From positions 66,774,001 to 66,838,000 of the forward strand of contig NC_042997.1 of the NCBI RefSeq assembly GCF_006345805.1: a stretch of 64,000 bases of DNA. Reading direction: 5' to 3'. The notes under the pieces were generated by a model. The model worked only from the letters and a program-made list of their open reading frames with translations. It searched no databases and was not told the DNA's origin. Positions 61,238 through 64,000 of this stretch are shown here, piece after piece (the first letter of the stretch is position 1; the number at the start of each line of letters is the position of its first letter). This DNA is from Octopus sinensis. Its lineage: Eukaryota. A program made the translations under genes and the position numbers.

Positions 61238-61850
61238 GGTGTTTTTTACGTGCCACCTGCACAGGTGCCAGACAGAGCTGGCGAACGGCCATGCGGATGG
61301 TGCTTTTACGTGTCAACGGCCGATGGCAACGGACACGGATGGTGCTTTTACGTGTCACCGCACGGGGCCAGGCGATGCTGGCAACGGACACGAACAGATG
61401 GTGCTTTTACGTGCCACCGACACGGGGCCAGACAGAGCTGGCAACGGCCACGAACGGATGGTGCTTTTACGTGTCACCGGCACGGGGCCAGCCGAGGCTG
61501 GCAACGGACGCGAACAGATGGTGCTTTTACGTGCCACCAACACGGTTGCCAGACAGAGCTGGCAAACGGCCACGAGCGGATGGTGCTTTTACGTGTCACC
61601 GGCACGGGGGCCAGCCGAGGCTGGCAACGGACACGGACGGATGGTGCTTTTACGTGCCACCGACACGGATGGTGCTTTTACGTGCCACCGACACAGAGCT
61701 GGCAAACGGCCACGAACAGATGGTGCTTTTACGTGCCACCGACACGGGGCCAGACAGAGCTGGCCAACGGCCACGAACGGACGGTGCTTTTACGTGTCAC
61801 CGGCACGGGTGCCAGACGAGGCTGACAGCGGACACAAACAGATGGGTCAC
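61238..61850. repeat. About 60-bp tandem array (11 units, A/B variants) in the RTE 3' UTR
   Basis: Core GGTGCTTTTACGTG(C/T)CACC; TACGTG at about 61247, 61307, 61349, 61408, 61468, 61528, 61590, 61651, 61679, 61730, 61791. Confidence 0.95.
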
Positions 61851-61892
61851 TTAACCCCTGCTTTCTGATATATGATTTGATTTTGATTGTTC

Positions 61893-63467
61893 TCACTGGT
61901 CTTGCCGAGTCTTCTCACGCACAGCATACTTCCATAGGTCTCGGTCTCTGGTCATTTCCTTGGTGAGACCTAGAGTTCGAAGGTCGTGCTTCACCACCTC
62001 GAACCAGGTTTTCCTGGGTCTACCTCTTCCACAGGTCCCCTCAACTGCCAGGGTGTGGCACTTTTTCACACACCTATCTTCATCCATTCTCACCACATGA
62101 CCATACCAGCGCAATCGTCTCTCTTGCACACAACATCTGATTCCTCTTAGGTCCAACTTTTCTCTCAAGGTACTTACACTCTGTCGACTATGAACACTGA
62201 CATTACACATCCAACGGAGCATACTAGCTTCATTTCTCGCGAGCTTACGCATGTCCTCAGCAGTCACGGCCCATGTTTCACTGCCATGTAGCATGGCTGT
62301 TCGTACACATGCATCATACAGTCTGCCTTTTACTCTGAGCGAGAGGCCTTTAGTCACCAACAGAGGTAAGAGCTCCCTAAACTTTGCCCAGGCTATTCTT
62401 ACTCTAGCCGTTACACTTTCAGCACACCCACCCCCACTACTGACTTGGTCACCAAGATAACGGAAGCTATCAACTACTTCTAGTTTTTCCCCCTGGAAAG
62501 TGACGGAAGTTGTTTTCTGCAGATTTTCAGAGGTTAATGCTCCCGAGCATCTGCCACATACAAAAACCATCTTCCTAGTTAGCCTTCCTATGACATTGCT
62601 GCACCTCTTATGTGTCCATAGCTTACACTTGGTGCATCTTATAGAGTTTCTACCTACACCTTTTCTACAGATCGAGCAGGGCCATCTACCTGAAGGCGTT
62701 TGTGATTTGTCTACCTTCCTACTTATTACGACTTTGGTTTTAGCTAGGTTGACTCTAAGGCCCTTCGATTCTAAACCATGCTTCCACACCTGAAACTTCT
62801 TCTCCAGTTCTGATAATGACTCAGCAATTAGAGCAAGGTCATCAGCATAGAGGAGCTCCCAGGGGCATCCTGTCTTGAATTCCTCCGTTATTGCCTGGAG
62901 GACTATGATAAATAGGAGGGGGCTGAGGACTGAGCCTTGGTGGACCCCTACCTCTACCCGGAATTCTTCACTGTACTCATTTCCAACCCTCACCTTACTA
63001 GCAGCGTCCCTGTACATGGCTTGCACAGCTCTCACTAACCATTCTTCTATTCCTAGTTTCCTCATTGACCACCATATGAGGGATCGAGGGACCCTGTCGA
63101 AGGCTTTCTCCATGTCAACAAAAGCCAGGTACAGGGCCTTATCTTTGGCTAGGTATTTCTCCTGCAGCTGCCTTACCAGGAATATAGCATCAGTGGTACT
63201 TTTCCCTGGCACGAAACCTAACTGCATCTCATCTAAACTAACTCTCTCTCTAATTAGTTGGCTTATGACCCTCTCTGTAACCTTCATCACCTGATCCAAC
63301 AGCTTGATACCTCTGTAATTATTTGTATCTAGGGCATCACCTTTACCTTTGTAGCAGTTGACTATTATGCTGCTACACCAGTCATTGGGTATGACTCCTT
63401 CATGTATCACCTGATTAACTATACAGGTGACTAGGCTATAGCCGACACTACCAGATATTTTGAGCAT
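61893..63467 (-). CDS. RTE LINE ORF2 C-terminal part (524 aa): reverse transcriptase, C4HC3 PHD-like finger, thumb/C-terminus; endonuclease missing
   Basis: Motifs NYRGIKLL, FVDMEKAFDRVP, GVHQGSVLSPLLF, LLYADDLAL (YADD at 62838-62849), FRYLG, AMLHGSETW; the first Met is an internal codon. Confidence 0.92.
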   Translation of the reverse strand: MLKISGSVGYSLVTCIVNQVIHEGVIPNDWCSSIIVNCYKGKGDALDTNNYRGIKLLDQVMKVTERVISQLIRERVSLDEMQLGFVPGKSTTDAIFLVRQLQEKYLAKDKALYLAFVDMEKAFDRVPRSLIWWSMRKLGIEEWLVRAVQAMYRDAASKVRVGNEYSEEFRVEVGVHQGSVLSPLLFIIVLQAITEEFKTGCPWELLYADDLALIAESLSELEKKFQVWKHGLESKGLRVNLAKTKVVISRKVDKSQTPSGRWPCSICRKGVGRNSIRCTKCKLWTHKRCSNVIGRLTRKMVFVCGRCSGALTSENLQKTTSVTFQGEKLEVVDSFRYLGDQVSSGGGCAESVTARVRIAWAKFRELLPLLVTKGLSLRVKGRLYDACVRTAMLHGSETWAVTAEDMRKLARNEASMLRWMCNVSVHSRQSVSTLREKLDLRGIRCCVQERRLRWYGHVVRMDEDRCVKKCHTLAVEGTCGRGRPRKTWFEVVKHDLRTLGLTKEMTRDRDLWKYAVREKTRQDQ

Positions 63468-64000
63468 CTCTGCAGGGACTATTTATTGGAAGATTTTTAG
63501 AATTTATTAGTAGACTCTTTAAAACTCCCAGTAGTATTTTGCTACCTAGTTTGTTGCAATTTTTAGGGAATTCTGATTTTGTCTGCTAACAAATGCACAA
63601 TCTTGTTCATTTACTGACTGGTTCTATCATCACTACTTCAAGTGCTGCAAAGTTTTTTTCACTGATGAAATCATAATGCAGCAGAAACATATCTACTGTC
63701 ATTTCCAGTATTTATTGAAATAATTAAAATATTAGTCATTGGCTAATACTGATTTTTTTTTGTTTCTTTTTCCTGATAGTTAGCTTTTTAATGCACCCTG
63801 CATTAAAATGTGAGTGCTTATTTAACTACAATGTATCTTTGCTGAAAAGATGCAGTTGGAAAAAATTCAGGATTTTTATTACATTCATGAGGATCACATG
63901 TATTTGGGAATATCTATCTTATTGATTTTGATGTCTTCCTTTTATACTGCATCATTGTTAACAGAAAAATGAGTCAGCTAGTGTAAAATTGTAATGATTA

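Larger units (their letters stand above)
61075..63473 (-). mobile_element. Young 5'-truncated RTE-clade LINE, antisense, downstream of the KHC stop codon
   Basis: Uninterrupted RT ORF; 3' UTR with tandem array, palindrome CCATGCTAGCATGG (61106-61119) and a (GAT)n tail at 61075-61089; CpG-rich; no target-site duplication recognised. Confidence 0.93.

Noticed and set aside
61238-61850. CRISPR-like array of conserved repeats about every 60 bp
   Set aside because: The intervening sequences are homologous to each other rather than unique spacers, the array sits in a LINE 3' UTR in an animal genome, and there are no cas genes.
61121-61868. Long ORFs of 187-234 aa in several frames
   Set aside because: They are by-products of the GC-rich tandem array and give repetitive peptides.
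62251-63294. Plus-strand ORFs of 69-139 aa
   Set aside because: Antisense shadows of the RTE RT ORF.
63662-63695. CTGATGA ... GAAACATAT hammerhead-like pair
   Set aside because: No stem I or stem II complementarity, and no valid cleavage triplet geometry.
63886-63901. CATGAGGATCACATGT resembles the MS2 operator hairpin
   Set aside because: It lacks the CC needed for the stem and has no vector context; a 12-nt match is plausibly chance.

Overview
This is AT-rich animal genomic DNA, almost certainly from an octopus (coleoid cephalopod). The whole window lies inside one + strand gene, kinesin-1 heavy chain (KHC/KIF5 orthologue). I traced 22 coding exons (exons 2-23, 25882-60769) by hand. All have GT-AG boundaries and compatible phases, and run from GKVFVFDK through the P-loop GQTSSGKT, switch I/II, neck, stalk and IAK tail to a TAA followed directly by a GTAAGT donor. 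The first coding exon (about 42 codons, MDVASEC... in squid) was not found, so bases 1-25881 are read as intron 1; a CpG-rich first 3 kb fits a promoter just upstream. With a 126-nt exon 1 the CDS gives 967 aa, the length I recall for squid KHC. The introns are full of tRNA-derived SINEs (several with intact target-site duplications), TTAA- and TA-flanked MITEs, a decayed Penelope-like element and RTE LINEs of several ages. The youngest RTE (61075-63473, antisense) has an uninterrupted 524-codon RT ORF with a PHD-type finger and an 11-unit, about 60-bp array in its 3' UTR. Most interesting observations: (i) a 343-bp fold-back in intron 1 whose two arms each carry a minimal type-I hammerhead ribozyme signature, plus more hammerhead relics elsewhere; (ii) candidate hidden exons (a 12-nt in-frame micro-exon before exon 3, a poison exon before exon 22, a 30-nt exon after the RTE); (iii) codons relevant to cephalopod A-to-I recoding, including a possible corrective K720E site. 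I found no CRISPR, rRNA, true tRNA gene or prokaryotic system. All calls were made by eye; repeat boundaries are approximate and residue numbers assume a 42-codon exon 1.
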